Positions 1-9,873 of a stretch of DNA of 64,000 nt are shown here, one piece after another. Position 1 is the first letter of the stretch. Each line of letters starts with the position of its first letter. The stretch is taken from positions 62,001 through 126,000 of the IMG/VR virus record IMGVR_UViG_3300005337_000441; one strand, given 5' to 3'. The translations under genes and the position numbers were made by a program. The notes beneath the pieces were generated by a model. It saw nothing but the letters and a program-made list of their open reading frames with translations, was not told where the DNA came from and searched no databases.

Positions 1-10
1 TCTGCGCGCC

Positions 11-577
11 ATGCGCATCCACAAGGCCTCACACCGCCTGTACAGCAGCCGCGACGGTGTCGTCGCCGATGACACTGGCTACCGTCCCACGCTCATCGAG
101 CGCGTTTGCGTGGACATGGGAATTCACGTCACGGCACGTCGCATCAAGCTGGGTTACCTGGCTTCGCAGTTCCATGAGCCTACCGGTCCCAACGAGACCA
201 AGGCCGACAAGCTCGCTGCTCTGGTGGAAACCTGGGCAGAGCTGCGTGCTGCACTGGTGCACCTGAACGGCGACAACTACATGAGCCGTGTCAACATGTC
301 GGCACAGACCATCTATCTGGAAGACATGGCGCGCGCCAAGCGCAAGATCAGCGGCAACTACCGCTTGATGATGAGTAAGGACGGTCACAAGGCGGTGCGC
401 ACCCTCGTCACCCACTTCAACGACCACCTGTTCATCTTGGCTCTGCGCCTGATCGGCCTGAGCCACACGGCGTTCATGAACCACTGGGTCAGCAGCAATG
501 GCACGCTGCTGTACACCAACATCTACCGCCCCCATCTGCACGAGGAAGAGAAGATCTCTCCCATCTTGCTGAGCTGA
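11..577 (+). CDS. hypothetical protein, probably 5'-truncated by the window edge
   Basis: Frame is open to the window start; phage-like codon usage; followed by a hairpin. Confidence 0.7.
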   Translation: MRIHKASHRLYSSRDGVVADDTGYRPTLIERVCVDMGIHVTARRIKLGYLASQFHEPTGPNETKADKLAALVETWAELRAALVHLNGDNYMSRVNMSAQTIYLEDMARAKRKISGNYRLMMSKDGHKAVRTLVTHFNDHLFILALRLIGLSHTAFMNHWVSSNGTLLYTNIYRPHLHEEEKISPILLS

Positions 578-633
578 CGGCATACGCCCCCAGGAGCTTC
601 ACGGCTCCTGGGGGCTCTATGCTGTCTCTTTTT
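576..633. terminator. probable bidirectional terminator between convergent genes
   Basis: Stem GCCCCCAGGAGC/GCTCCTGGGGGC with outer arms GACGGCATA/TATGCTGTC and a T-run. Confidence 0.8.
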
Positions 634-2820
634 TCAGTGGTACGTGTAGCCGTACGGATTGCGGTTCCCGAAACCCGAGAAGTTACGGGCTTGGTTGTTA
701 AGGCGTCGCTGAAGCTTACGGCCTTCGCGCAGGTTGTTGATGAGCTCATCCACCGAGAGGTGTTGGTTGTCACTCTCGTTCAGACGCATCACGGCGCCGC
801 GCAAGCGGTTCTCCAACATGTCGATGGCGAAGTCATCGCGTTCGTTACGAATCTGCTCAGTGAGGACTTCCACCTGTTGGCGGTAGTACTCCTGTTCCAT
901 CCGTTTGTATTTGGCAGTGGGGTCGTTTTCAACCTGGTGTTGTTTGTTGTTCACCAAGATGTCACGAGCCTGAATACCGTAGTAGTGCAGATTGCGACCA
1001 GACAGCAAGATCCAAGCGCTCAAAAGCCAGGCGATGACCATGTCGTCATGCTTGCCTGCGGCGTGGTCGATACGCCCGTTGCGCACTTCCAGTCCCAGGA
1101 TCTGTTCAATGACCTTCTTGTCTTTGACCAGCTTGCCTGTGAGCTTGGCAGAATTTTGCAGTGTAGTGCTGTAGAGCTCCGTACGGCTTGTCGCACCGGT
1201 TGCCGAGGTGGCAAAGCCAAAGTGCTTCTTGAAGCGCACGTAGACATCTTCGCGGCGCATGGCCAGCGACACTTGAATCTCTTTCCAAGCCTCCGGATAG
1301 AGTTCCGGTTCTTGGACGATCTTGTTGTAGATCCGCTTGAACGGATCGATGCCACGCTTGGGCAGCATCAGCAGGAGGTAGTCCAGGATCGTGGCGCCAG
1401 AGGAGCGACGCTCCACGACCAGGGTGACGCTGGGGTACTTCTCCAACCAGTCACACAGCCACTCGGCGAACGTGATCAGGTTGGTTTCGTTGTAGTTGCC
1501 TGCAGCGGCCACAGAGCCGTCCTTGACCGCACGCAGCACCAAACCGATGTCGTCCTTGCCCACGGCGTCTGATGTGTCCACAGCCAGCGTATGGGCCTCT
1601 TGCATCTTGATGGCGATCTCACGCTCAGCGTAGTACCAGCGCGTGGTGTAGGCGTGAGGACGAGAGATGACGGTCTGGTAGTCGTCCGCTTGAGAGTTGC
1701 GGATGTCGTTGTTGAGCTCGGTCGTCAGCGGCGAGCTGATGCTACCAGACGTCCAGTGGTTCAGGTAGTCACGCTCAGCGGCTTCACCGGCAGCGTTGGT
1801 TGTCTTGATCTGTTCACGCAGCCATTCGTCGGTGTAACCCAGTTGACGATGGTTGAACGTGCAGTTCACTACGAGCTTGTCACCCGAAGACGCCTTGCGC
1901 ACGATCTCGCAGAGCTCTTCTTCGTTCTGTGCGTCCATGAACATCTCGGACCAAATGGCGGCTTCCATGAGGAGCTTGTGGGCGTAGGCACCGTCACGGT
2001 CGTCTTTCTTGCCGGCCGTTGTCGTGTAGATGATGCCAAACGGATCACCGTTGCGGCGCGCAATGTCACGAGCAGCCGTACCCGCAGCCAGTGCAGCAGG
2101 CAACGAGATACCGATGTTGGGCAGGAATGCAATTTCGTCAATCTGAAAGATCGGAGAAGTCAGACCCCGTCCGACGTTCAGTGCCATCTTCTCAGACTTC
2201 TGCGGCAGCAGACCCGTGTAGATGTTGCCCAGTGACTTGACCGTGAGCTGCTCTTGGCTGCCGATGTCCATGCGACCGCGCTGCTTGAGATAGAAGGGTA
2301 GCTCCATCTCAATCTTCTTCAAGCGATCCAAGTTGGCAGAGCGCAGCGTCTCGTCCTTGGTCAGCAAGTTGATGCTCGTCTTCTTGCAGCGGATGTTCAA
2401 GAGGTACGTCATCAGGTTGTCGGTTGAGAACGACTTACCCGTTTGACGGATCTGGATGAGCATCGTGGTGATGTGGTTCCAGAAGAGCCAGAACAACGCC
2501 ATGTTGCCACGATTGGCAGCAAAGCGGATCGGATCTTCCGGAGAGCCTGCAGGCGAGCGGGCTACTTCACGGATGTAGTAGTAGAAGTTGCGCCGACACT
2601 CCAACGCTATCCGAAGCATGAGCTCCTGGGAGTTGTAGACGTTGTCGCTGAACGGATCGATGTTCATCAGCTCCTTGTCATGCAGTTGCAATGGGTGGAG
2701 GTGGTTCTTGACCCCCATGGACTGCAAGAGCTGTGAGTAGCGGACAAACGAGGTATTCTTGGTGTTGGACTGGATCACCGCTTCAGGGAAGCGCTCCCAG
2801 TCTTCATTGAAGAGAATCAT
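634..2820 (-). CDS. terL: terminase large subunit (phiKZ-like)
   Basis: 728 aa; Walker A IRQTGKS, Walker B IFQIDE, coupling motif TTTAG, nuclease motifs AVDTS / VERRSSG / HDD. Confidence 0.9.
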   Translation of the reverse strand: MILFNEDWERFPEAVIQSNTKNTSFVRYSQLLQSMGVKNHLHPLQLHDKELMNIDPFSDNVYNSQELMLRIALECRRNFYYYIREVARSPAGSPEDPIRFAANRGNMALFWLFWNHITTMLIQIRQTGKSFSTDNLMTYLLNIRCKKTSINLLTKDETLRSANLDRLKKIEMELPFYLKQRGRMDIGSQEQLTVKSLGNIYTGLLPQKSEKMALNVGRGLTSPIFQIDEIAFLPNIGISLPAALAAGTAARDIARRNGDPFGIIYTTTAGKKDDRDGAYAHKLLMEAAIWSEMFMDAQNEEELCEIVRKASSGDKLVVNCTFNHRQLGYTDEWLREQIKTTNAAGEAAERDYLNHWTSGSISSPLTTELNNDIRNSQADDYQTVISRPHAYTTRWYYAEREIAIKMQEAHTLAVDTSDAVGKDDIGLVLRAVKDGSVAAAGNYNETNLITFAEWLCDWLEKYPSVTLVVERRSSGATILDYLLLMLPKRGIDPFKRIYNKIVQEPELYPEAWKEIQVSLAMRREDVYVRFKKHFGFATSATGATSRTELYSTTLQNSAKLTGKLVKDKKVIEQILGLEVRNGRIDHAAGKHDDMVIAWLLSAWILLSGRNLHYYGIQARDILVNNKQHQVENDPTAKYKRMEQEYYRQQVEVLTEQIRNERDDFAIDMLENRLRGAVMRLNESDNQHLSVDELINNLREGRKLQRRLNNQARNFSGFGNRNPYGYTYH

Positions 2821-2840
2821 GGCTGTTACACTTCAGAGCA

Positions 2841-2885
2841 CGACATAGAGGCCCTCCATCCAGCCCTGTGGAGGCTGGATGGAGG
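2841..2885 (-). terminator. hairpin followed by TATGTCGT on the minus strand
   Basis: Stem CCTCCATCCAGCC/GGCTGGATGGAGG immediately after the 2887-3285 stop. Confidence 0.6.
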
Positions 2886-2886
2886 C

Positions 2887-3285
2887 TCACTGTTGTTGCA
2901 GTTCAGAGCGCAGGAAATCCAAATAGATCGCCAGCAGGTTCGAGGCGACTACATCTTCGTCTCGAATGAGGAAGTCCTTCGCGTTGAAGAAGAACTTCAG
3001 ATTGTTGAATTGCCGCAACTTCTCCGGCAGCCTGTCGTCGAACTCCGCCTGGATGACGTAGCCGATGAAAGTCTCACGCCGAATGCGGCCTCTTTTGAAG
3101 ATCAGGTCTTCACACTGTTCTCTGTAGAAGAAGAACTCGACCTGATGGTCTCCCACCGTTTCAAACTGTGCAGACTTGAAACGTGGAGACTTAGGGACCA
3201 TCGACGTTTGGTAAAAGCGAATTCCGCGATGGAACAGCGCCAACTTGAACATCAGGCCCTTGATGAATTTTGCTAAGTTGGGCAA
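2887..3285 (-). CDS. hypothetical protein
   Basis: 132 aa ORF within the minus-strand operon. Confidence 0.65.
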   Translation of the reverse strand: MPNLAKFIKGLMFKLALFHRGIRFYQTSMVPKSPRFKSAQFETVGDHQVEFFFYREQCEDLIFKRGRIRRETFIGYVIQAEFDDRLPEKLRQFNNLKFFFNAKDFLIRDEDVVASNLLAIYLDFLRSELQQQ

Positions 3286-3321
3286 GCTGAGACCTCCCGT
3301 GGTCTTTAGGGTTCCACAGGA

Positions 3322-4545
3322 TTAGGTGGCAGTTTGCCCGATGAGTGTGCGCAAAGCGATGTACAAGATGATGCTGGTCCGCGTGGACAGCGTCAAACTC
3401 TCGCTGATCTTGCCGTTGCTGGCCTTGATCAACTTGTAACCGATCTTGCGGATCGTCTCGATGTCCGGATCCACCGTGCGGGTGGACAGGTACAGGTTCT
3501 TGAGCTGGTGAAGGATGTACGGGTAGTCCCGCATGTTCTTCGGACTCATGTTGTTTTGGATCAAGTACATGCTCTGTACCACGACCAGTGCGATGAACTC
3601 CGAGATGTCCTTGTGGTACTTCTGATCGTTTTGGTGCTCATGGATCCACTTCAAAGTGGACCTGACCATGCGAAACGACGTGTTCGTGTTGATGCGTGCG
3701 ATGACGCCTACGAGATCGTCCTTGATGAACGTGTGTTCGTCCACGATCGCTTGTTGGATGTAGCCCACGTAGGCTTCAACCGACTTGGTCTTTTCCTTGA
3801 TGGTCTCTTCACCATCGGCGTCCAGGTAAGTGCCCGAGGTCACAGCGACGTTGACGCCCTCCTCGTGCACCTTGTAGAACTCCGCGGTGTAGTTCTTCAC
3901 CAGATCCTTCACACGCCCCTGGGAGTCGTTGATGGCGTAGACGATAGCCACGTCATCCGTGAAGCGAGCCAAAGCTTCCAGGTGGATGCTCTGACGATTG
4001 AGCAGGTTCGTGGCCCGGTACTCCATGACCTTGGCCCAGGAGCCCAGCTGCTTGATCAAGAACTTGTTCGACAGCCGCTGGTAGGCTGCCTGAGCGATCT
4101 TGGGATCGGTCGGGTACTTGAAGTAGTAGCTCATCAGCGCCGCAATGGAGCGGTAGAAGAACACGAGAGCCGTGTCCTTTGCAGCCTGCGTCTTGATGTT
4201 GCCAGGAAGCGTATCTGCCGTGATGAAGCGATGCATCACGTACATGAGCGTCAGGTTGAAGATGTCGCCGGAGATCTTGTACTCGTGGTCGATCGTGGGG
4301 ACCTTGCGGATCGCCTCCGACAACGCCTGGTAGTCGACGTCCAGCACATCGTTGAAGAAGCGCAGCACATCGCTGTCCTTGAACCGAATGACATGTGCTC
4401 CCAGGAGGTTCGAGCCGAAGAACTCGAAGTACTCCGGCGTGGAGTTCACATAGCCGATTTGATACCGATAGACAGCATGCGCCAGCTTCTTGTCGAAGTT
4501 CACGTGGACGAAGTGCTCGTCAAACGTTTGTTTCAAGCCGGCCAT
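3322..4545 (-). CDS. conserved phiKZ-like protein, probably virion-associated
   Basis: 407 aa; strong codon bias; position near terminase and PhuZ (synteny recalled, not searched). Confidence 0.6.
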   Translation of the reverse strand: MAGLKQTFDEHFVHVNFDKKLAHAVYRYQIGYVNSTPEYFEFFGSNLLGAHVIRFKDSDVLRFFNDVLDVDYQALSEAIRKVPTIDHEYKISGDIFNLTLMYVMHRFITADTLPGNIKTQAAKDTALVFFYRSIAALMSYYFKYPTDPKIAQAAYQRLSNKFLIKQLGSWAKVMEYRATNLLNRQSIHLEALARFTDDVAIVYAINDSQGRVKDLVKNYTAEFYKVHEEGVNVAVTSGTYLDADGEETIKEKTKSVEAYVGYIQQAIVDEHTFIKDDLVGVIARINTNTSFRMVRSTLKWIHEHQNDQKYHKDISEFIALVVVQSMYLIQNNMSPKNMRDYPYILHQLKNLYLSTRTVDPDIETIRKIGYKLIKASNGKISESLTLSTRTSIILYIALRTLIGQTAT

Positions 4546-4553
4546 GGGTTGTC

Positions 4554-5147
4554 CTAGCTCTTGAAGGACTTGCTGATGGCACGGAAGGCAGCGTCACGGG
4601 TGTAGACCACCTCGGCACCGACTTGCTTGGCGAGCTCTTCCACGAGGCCTGCTTTGCGGCTGACCTTGTTGTCTAGGCATTCCAGCGAGATGATGAGCTT
4701 CGGACGTGCCTCCAGTGGCTTGGCGCCTTCAGGCACCAGACCAAAGGTCTGCATCCAGTCCCAGGCAGGACCGAGCCCGTCGTTGTTCTCCAGCTCGCTC
4801 ATGTCCATCGCGTAGACGAACGTGCCCTTGGCCGGTTGATCAGCTTTGCGCTGCATGCCTTGAGCCACAGCCACCATCATGCCGGTGGATTCGTTGGCGT
4901 ACACGAGGTTCAGGGCCTGTGTGTACACACGACCCAGAGGACCATCGAGCACGACCATCGCTTCTTCTTGCTTTGCAGGATTCATCGGAGTGCCGTCCGG
5001 ATTGATCGTGGTCTGGTTGCCAGGCTGGAGCGCAGCGCTGGAAGTGTCTCCCTCGTTGACGTTCTGACCAGACGTCTTCGGGGGCACGATCTCCAACTGA
5101 GGACCGTGGTTGGTGGAGTCACCGGGGGTTACGTCGAAGACAGCCAT
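4554..5147 (-). CDS. hypothetical protein (start MAVFDV...)
   Basis: GGAG RBS upstream of the ATG at 5147, in frame with ORF 4554..5267. Confidence 0.7.
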   Translation of the reverse strand: MAVFDVTPGDSTNHGPQLEIVPPKTSGQNVNEGDTSSAALQPGNQTTINPDGTPMNPAKQEEAMVVLDGPLGRVYTQALNLVYANESTGMMVAVAQGMQRKADQPAKGTFVYAMDMSELENNDGLGPAWDWMQTFGLVPEGAKPLEARPKLIISLECLDNKVSRKAGLVEELAKQVGAEVVYTRDAAFRAISKSFKS

Positions 5148-5591
5148 GCTATCTCGCTCCTTGTACTCATGAGTAAGGGGCAGTGCACCACAAGGGGCGG
5201 TACACCACGTCATAGCATTGAGCTCGCGGAGCCCGCTAGAGCTACTAGGGCGTAGCTCTAGCTCCACCGTGCTGAAGGTGAAAAACTCTCCATGCTTTAT
5301 ATCTAGTGAGGAGCATGGCGACGAACTCTAGCGAGAGCGTAGCGACGTCGAAGTGAGGATACCGGAGGTAGCCGAACGAGACCACACGGAGGGCGGAGCC
5401 CTCCTTAGTTCCCCCTCAGGATACCGCCTGTTTCCAGTAGATCTAAATATTTACTAAAAAATTCCACAGCGCAATGATGCGTAGTGGGGCCAACCCTGCA
5501 CCTACACCAATGGCGACTTGCCGGGTGTGGGTCAGGATCCCGCTATGCCCTCTCGGTGTGGATTTGGGGGCTTTTCTAACGTGACCACGGT

Positions 5592-5608
5592 CACACATAC
5601 TTAACATG
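5592..5608 (+). promoter_or_regulatory. class-1 (putative early) promoter variant CACACATACT-N5-TG
   Basis: Matches the recurrent intergenic motif; lies upstream of the SLT and PhuZ genes. Confidence 0.65.
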
Positions 5609-5623
5609 AGGTAACCCTTAAGG

Positions 5624-6187
5624 ATGCGAATGTATCAACTCTTTACCCGAATATGTTGGCTCCTGGCTTTAACGCTGGGAGTACATACAACTGCTTTCGC
5701 CAAAGGGAGAGTCCTACTCCCGGTAAGAGCCCCTATCACGATGAGTGACTACATCGATCTCAACTGCAAGGCGAGTTGCGCCGAACAGGAGGAGCTGCTT
5801 GAGTCCACGAATGAGGCCGCACAAGCCAATGAAGTGGATCAGAGGTTGTTGTTAGCCATCGTGAGAGTCGAATCTTCGTTCAAGGTGAGAGCGAGAAACG
5901 GCAGTAACGCAGGTTTGATGCAGGTGCACACGCGCTGGCATCGAAAGAAGCTCGTGGGGCAAGATCCCTACGCTGTGAAACTGAACATTGCAGTTGGCGC
6001 CGCAATTTACCGCGGATGCCTTGATAAGCATGGAGGGAACACCACCAAGGCTCTGAAGTGTTACAACGGCGCAGCGGATCCTCGCTACGTCGACAAGATC
6101 AGGAAAGCTCAAAGAGAAATTGATGCTCTCCTGTTGTTCAACTCAAAATCCTTTATCGGATCCTCCCCTAGTGAAAGCGAGAAATAA
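5624..6187 (+). CDS. SLT-domain lytic transglycosylase with signal peptide
   Basis: LLAIVRVESSF (catalytic Glu), GLMQV, YNG motifs; N-terminal hydrophobic stretch ending in AFA. Confidence 0.85.
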   Translation: MRMYQLFTRICWLLALTLGVHTTAFAKGRVLLPVRAPITMSDYIDLNCKASCAEQEELLESTNEAAQANEVDQRLLLAIVRVESSFKVRARNGSNAGLMQVHTRWHRKKLVGQDPYAVKLNIAVGAAIYRGCLDKHGGNTTKALKCYNGAADPRYVDKIRKAQREIDALLLFNSKSFIGSSPSESEK

Positions 6188-6190
6188 CAA

Positions 6191-7159
6191 ATGCGAATGA
6201 AACTCTACGCCTGCGGCGGTGCTGGCATCAACACGGTCAAGCAGTTTGCCCCGTTCAACGGTCAAGCCAATCCGGGCTTTGCCACGATCGAAACCGTCTT
6301 CATCGACACGAGCCGCTCCAACCTGGACAGCAGCATCCCCGAGCAGATGACCTACCTGGTCCAAGAGCTCGACGGTTCGGGCAAGCGCCGTGCCACGAAC
6401 CATGCCGCTCTGTCCGAGAGCATCAACGAGATCCTGCTGGAACACCGTCCTGGCGACATCAACATCATCGTGCACTCTGCCGGCGGTGGCTCGGGCTCGG
6501 TGATCGGCCCGCTACTCACCAACGAACTGCTGGGTCGCGAGCAACTCGTCATCGTCCTGGCCATCGGTTCGACCTCTTCGAAGATCGAGACCGAGAACAC
6601 CAAGAAGACGCTGCAGTCGCTGGAATCGATCAGCCAGCGCCGCTCGATGCCGGTGTGCGTGTACTACCGCGAGAACACGCTGGAAAAGCCCCGTGGCGAC
6701 ATCGACCGCGATGTGTCCACTGCCATCTCGCTGATGACGGCCATCTTCTCGGGCCAGAACCGCGAGTTCGACACCGAAGACCTGCGCAACTTCCTGAACT
6801 ACCCGCGCGTCACGAGCTACCCGGCCAAGCTGTCCTACCTGGACCTGTTTGCCAAGGACATCGACCTGGACACCAAGAACGAGGCCATCGTCTCGCTCAT
6901 CACGCTGTCCAACGGTGAAGTCCCCACCGAAGTGCCTCAGCACGTCGAGTACCAGGCCACGGGTTACCTGCACGAGGCTGCGTTCAAGGTGGTCAAGCAA
7001 TCCATGCCGATCCACACGGCCGTGATCGCCGGTCACTTCAGCAAGCTCATCGGTCGCCTGGACAAGCGTCTGGCCGAGTTCGCTGAAATCCGCTCCACCG
7101 TGCACGAGAAGTCCATCCTCGGCTCCGCCTCCACGACCGACGACGGTATGGTGCTGTAA
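6191..7159 (+). CDS. phuZ: PhuZ phage tubulin
   Basis: 322 aa; CGGAG, IDTS, GSGK, GGGSGS tubulin signature, DTEDL, short acidic tail DDGMVL. Confidence 0.95.
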   Translation: MRMKLYACGGAGINTVKQFAPFNGQANPGFATIETVFIDTSRSNLDSSIPEQMTYLVQELDGSGKRRATNHAALSESINEILLEHRPGDINIIVHSAGGGSGSVIGPLLTNELLGREQLVIVLAIGSTSSKIETENTKKTLQSLESISQRRSMPVCVYYRENTLEKPRGDIDRDVSTAISLMTAIFSGQNREFDTEDLRNFLNYPRVTSYPAKLSYLDLFAKDIDLDTKNEAIVSLITLSNGEVPTEVPQHVEYQATGYLHEAAFKVVKQSMPIHTAVIAGHFSKLIGRLDKRLAEFAEIRSTVHEKSILGSASTTDDGMVL

Positions 7160-7169
7160 CCCAGAACAG

Positions 7170-7197
7170 GAGGCACGGGTCACACCGTGCCTCTTTT
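7170..7197 (+). terminator. intrinsic terminator after phuZ
   Basis: GAGGCACGG/CCGTGCCTC followed by TTTT. Confidence 0.75.
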
Positions 7198-7214
7198 ACC
7201 GTCTAGGAGACTGT

Positions 7215-7757
7215 ATGGTTACTCAAACCAAAACCTTCACGGGGTCAGATGAAGACTTTGCGGCGTTGTTGCAAACGCTGGGACGTCAAGATGCAGAAAT
7301 GAAGGATCCGGTATACGGCATGGGTTATGGTTCCAGTGACCCCAGAGACTACTGCAACCTCTGGACCGATGGCCATGGCGGCATGAGTCGCTTCGCCAAA
7401 TGGCATCTTGATCAAGGCATACCGTTTGCCAAGCTCTTTGGACCTGGTAGGCCGACCACGCTGGAGAAAATGCAGTACGCGATCAAGCAGTCGTATTACG
7501 AGCAGGGGTATCCGATCGATATGCTGAATCTACCGCGGCATTTCACTGGTGCCAAAACTGCACCTGGCGCCTTTCGGCGTTTGGCGGAGATCACGCTGCG
7601 CAACACCGTGCGTGGGGCTCATGCGCCGCCGTCCGCCCTGTACGGAACAGGTCCAGTCGATCCCATCGAGTACCGAAAACAGCTGGACCGAGAGATCAGC
7701 GACATCTTCGGCGTGGCAGCAGAGTTTCTGAGCCCACCCAAAAACAACAAGACTTGA
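7215..7757 (+). CDS. hypothetical protein
   Basis: AGGAG RBS; 180 aa. Confidence 0.7.
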   Translation: MVTQTKTFTGSDEDFAALLQTLGRQDAEMKDPVYGMGYGSSDPRDYCNLWTDGHGGMSRFAKWHLDQGIPFAKLFGPGRPTTLEKMQYAIKQSYYEQGYPIDMLNLPRHFTGAKTAPGAFRRLAEITLRNTVRGAHAPPSALYGTGPVDPIEYRKQLDREISDIFGVAAEFLSPPKNNKT

Positions 7758-7826
7758 GGCGATTCGGGGGGCATTCCGGATGCGCAGAATTCGTCTGTGA
7801 AATAGGGGTGCCTAAACAAATGCAGT

Positions 7827-7843
7827 CACATATACTCTATTTG
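7827..7843 (+). promoter_or_regulatory. class-1 promoter CACATATACT-N5-TG
   Basis: Exact motif, intergenic, A-rich patch upstream. Confidence 0.75.
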
Positions 7844-7902
7844 CTAGACCCCCCATCCTTAACCTTTTCTAACTAGATAGTTCCTGACGAAGGAGAAACA
7901 GC

Positions 7903-8379
7903 ATGACGACTGCTGAAACCTCTAGCGCTGAAACTCGCACAACTCGCCAAGACGCATGCCGTCAGCTCTTTGAAAGCGCATATGAACGCGCTCCGAAGAC
8001 GCTGGATTTCAACCCGGCATGGTCCAACGGTGTGGGTCTGTATGACCACGCCGTGTATGGCGAGCACGCACCAGCGCTGCCTTTCGGCACCATGGCTCGC
8101 TCCCAGACAGGGGCGGGCCGCAAACTCCTGATCATCAGCACCCGCCTCGGCAACGTGGTGGTGTTCGAGCGCTTTCTCTCCGGCTCCAAGAATGCTCAAC
8201 CAGTCTACTGCCTGCAGTCCACCTCTGCGATGGCTGAAGGCGGTTGGTTCAGCCGCATGGAGCTTGACGACTATGAGCTCGAACTCGCTGTGGGCACGGA
8301 CGTCTCTCACCACATCGGCGGGAGACTCGACGTGATCCATTCCGCCATGAAGAAAACGGCTGGCCAATCCAACGGCTGA
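7903..8379 (+). CDS. hypothetical protein, 'TRxGNV' paralog 1
   Basis: AAGGAG RBS; shares TRLGNVVVFER with the next two genes. Confidence 0.8.
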   Translation: MTTAETSSAETRTTRQDACRQLFESAYERAPKTLDFNPAWSNGVGLYDHAVYGEHAPALPFGTMARSQTGAGRKLLIISTRLGNVVVFERFLSGSKNAQPVYCLQSTSAMAEGGWFSRMELDDYELELAVGTDVSHHIGGRLDVIHSAMKKTAGQSNG

Positions 8380-8414
8380 CGTGATCTCCATTAGGACATG
8401 AAAGGAGCAAAATT

Positions 8415-8843
8415 GTGTCCTATGACAACCAGCGACCGAGGATGTACATGCTCTTTGAGTATGCGTTCTCGCGGGCTGAGCGGCAGATCCCGTATGACCC
8501 CAGGTGGGAAAAACCTCCTGGAAAGTACGAGGGCGCTGTCGCAGGCCCGTACGCACCTAGCGTGCAAGTCGGACGCACTCTGGCGTCCATAGACGAACGA
8601 GGTCTCAAATACCTCTTCGTCGGCACTCGCTTCGGGAACGTGCTCGTGTACGAGCCCTTTCCCAACAACGACACCGATGCTGTGGTCTACCGCATTCAAC
8701 TGCCCTCCCAAGTGCAGCGCATGCAGTGGTTCCATGGCTACCAGTTGAGCGAGGAGCTCATGCTCTTGGCAGTCGGTCATGACAGGACCCCCAACGTCGG
8801 CGTGAAGCTGGAGTTGACCCTGGGCACGGCAGACGGTCAGTGA
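8415..8843 (+). CDS. hypothetical protein, 'TRxGNV' paralog 2
   Basis: AAGGAG RBS, GTG start; GTRFGNVLVYE. Confidence 0.8.
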   Translation: MSYDNQRPRMYMLFEYAFSRAERQIPYDPRWEKPPGKYEGAVAGPYAPSVQVGRTLASIDERGLKYLFVGTRFGNVLVYEPFPNNDTDAVVYRIQLPSQVQRMQWFHGYQLSEELMLLAVGHDRTPNVGVKLELTLGTADGQ

Positions 8844-8895
8844 GCTGATTTATCGTTCCCCATAAACCTTATGTCACACTGAAGGAGAAAACGGC

Positions 8896-9312
8896 GTGAC
8901 AGCTCTTGAGTATTTCCTGAAAGCGTTCAACGAGATTCCCAACACGTTGGACTACGACCCCCTATGGCGCGGCGCCCGCTCCAAGGAGTTCGACTACGCG
9001 GTATTCAGCCGTCATTGCGCCAAGCTCCACAACGGGCAAATCGCAACGGCGGAGTCGGATCTCGGACAGAAGATGATTCTGATCGGGACCCGGTTTGGCA
9101 ACGTGGTGATCTTCGAGCGCTATTCTCCTGGCACAGGTGTACTGCCAGCGCTCGGTATCAACCACACCAAACATTTCCGCAAGGGCGGTTGGGTACGCGG
9201 GAGCGACCCCACTCTGCCTGAACTCGAAGTCCTGCTTGGAAACGAAGAAGAACCAAGCAACATCGGCGTGCGCATTGAGCAACTCTATGCGTTCATGCGG
9301 GGTCGGCGATAG
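8896..9312 (+). CDS. hypothetical protein, 'TRxGNV' paralog 3
   Basis: AAGGAG RBS, GTG start; GTRFGNVVIFER. Confidence 0.8.
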   Translation: MTALEYFLKAFNEIPNTLDYDPLWRGARSKEFDYAVFSRHCAKLHNGQIATAESDLGQKMILIGTRFGNVVIFERYSPGTGVLPALGINHTKHFRKGGWVRGSDPTLPELEVLLGNEEEPSNIGVRIEQLYAFMRGRR

Positions 9313-9321
9313 ACATAGCAC

Positions 9322-9372
9322 CACCACTCCGGCAGGCTGTAAGGCCCGCTGGAGTGGTGATGTTTTTTTTTT
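9322..9372 (+). terminator. intrinsic terminator
   Basis: CACCACTCC.../...GGAGTGGTG followed by T10. Confidence 0.8.
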
Positions 9373-9399
9373 CTTTGCCTTTCTGAGAGACACACTGAT

Positions 9400-9416
9400 C
9401 ACATATACTTTCCTTG
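9400..9416 (+). promoter_or_regulatory. class-1 promoter
   Basis: CACATATACT-TTCCT-TG. Confidence 0.75.
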
Positions 9417-9495
9417 AAACCCTCTAAGAGAAATCTCAGCGAGTGGACTTATCTAATGTAAACCCCTGGCTATGCCGTCGTGGAAAGAAACACCC

Positions 9496-9873
9496 ATGCT
9501 CAGCAGCACCTTCTACACGACCAAGATCGTGGACATTCAATCCTTGCAAAGGTTCTTCGATGAGCACATCGCAGCCATTGCTCGGGACTATTCACTGTCA
9601 ACAGCCGATGCGACTCACGCCTACGATTGGTGCGTAACCGAGGCACTTACCCGCACCTTTCAAGTTGTGATCCAGTCGCGCGTGGAAGGTCACTACCGAC
9701 ATGACGTCTATCGCTGTGTCTACGATACCTACGGCAGCTACTTCGAAAGCTACCTGAGGTACTTCATGCAGCAAAACGCCATCGGGTTTGCACCCAACCA
9801 ACCTGTCAAAGCAATGGTTGCCGGCGGCAATCTGTTTGTGGCTCAAGGAGTGCCAGCAAATGCAAGATTTTAA
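9496..9873 (+). CDS. hypothetical protein
   Basis: In-frame ATG; first gene of an overlapping operon. Confidence 0.7.
   Translation: MLSSTFYTTKIVDIQSLQRFFDEHIAAIARDYSLSTADATHAYDWCVTEALTRTFQVVIQSRVEGHYRHDVYRCVYDTYGSYFESYLRYFMQQNAIGFAPNQPVKAMVAGGNLFVAQGVPANARF

Noticed and set aside
5148-5267. N-terminal extension of ORF 4554..5267
   Set aside because: It overlaps the hairpin-rich intergenic region; the ATG at 5147 has the better RBS.
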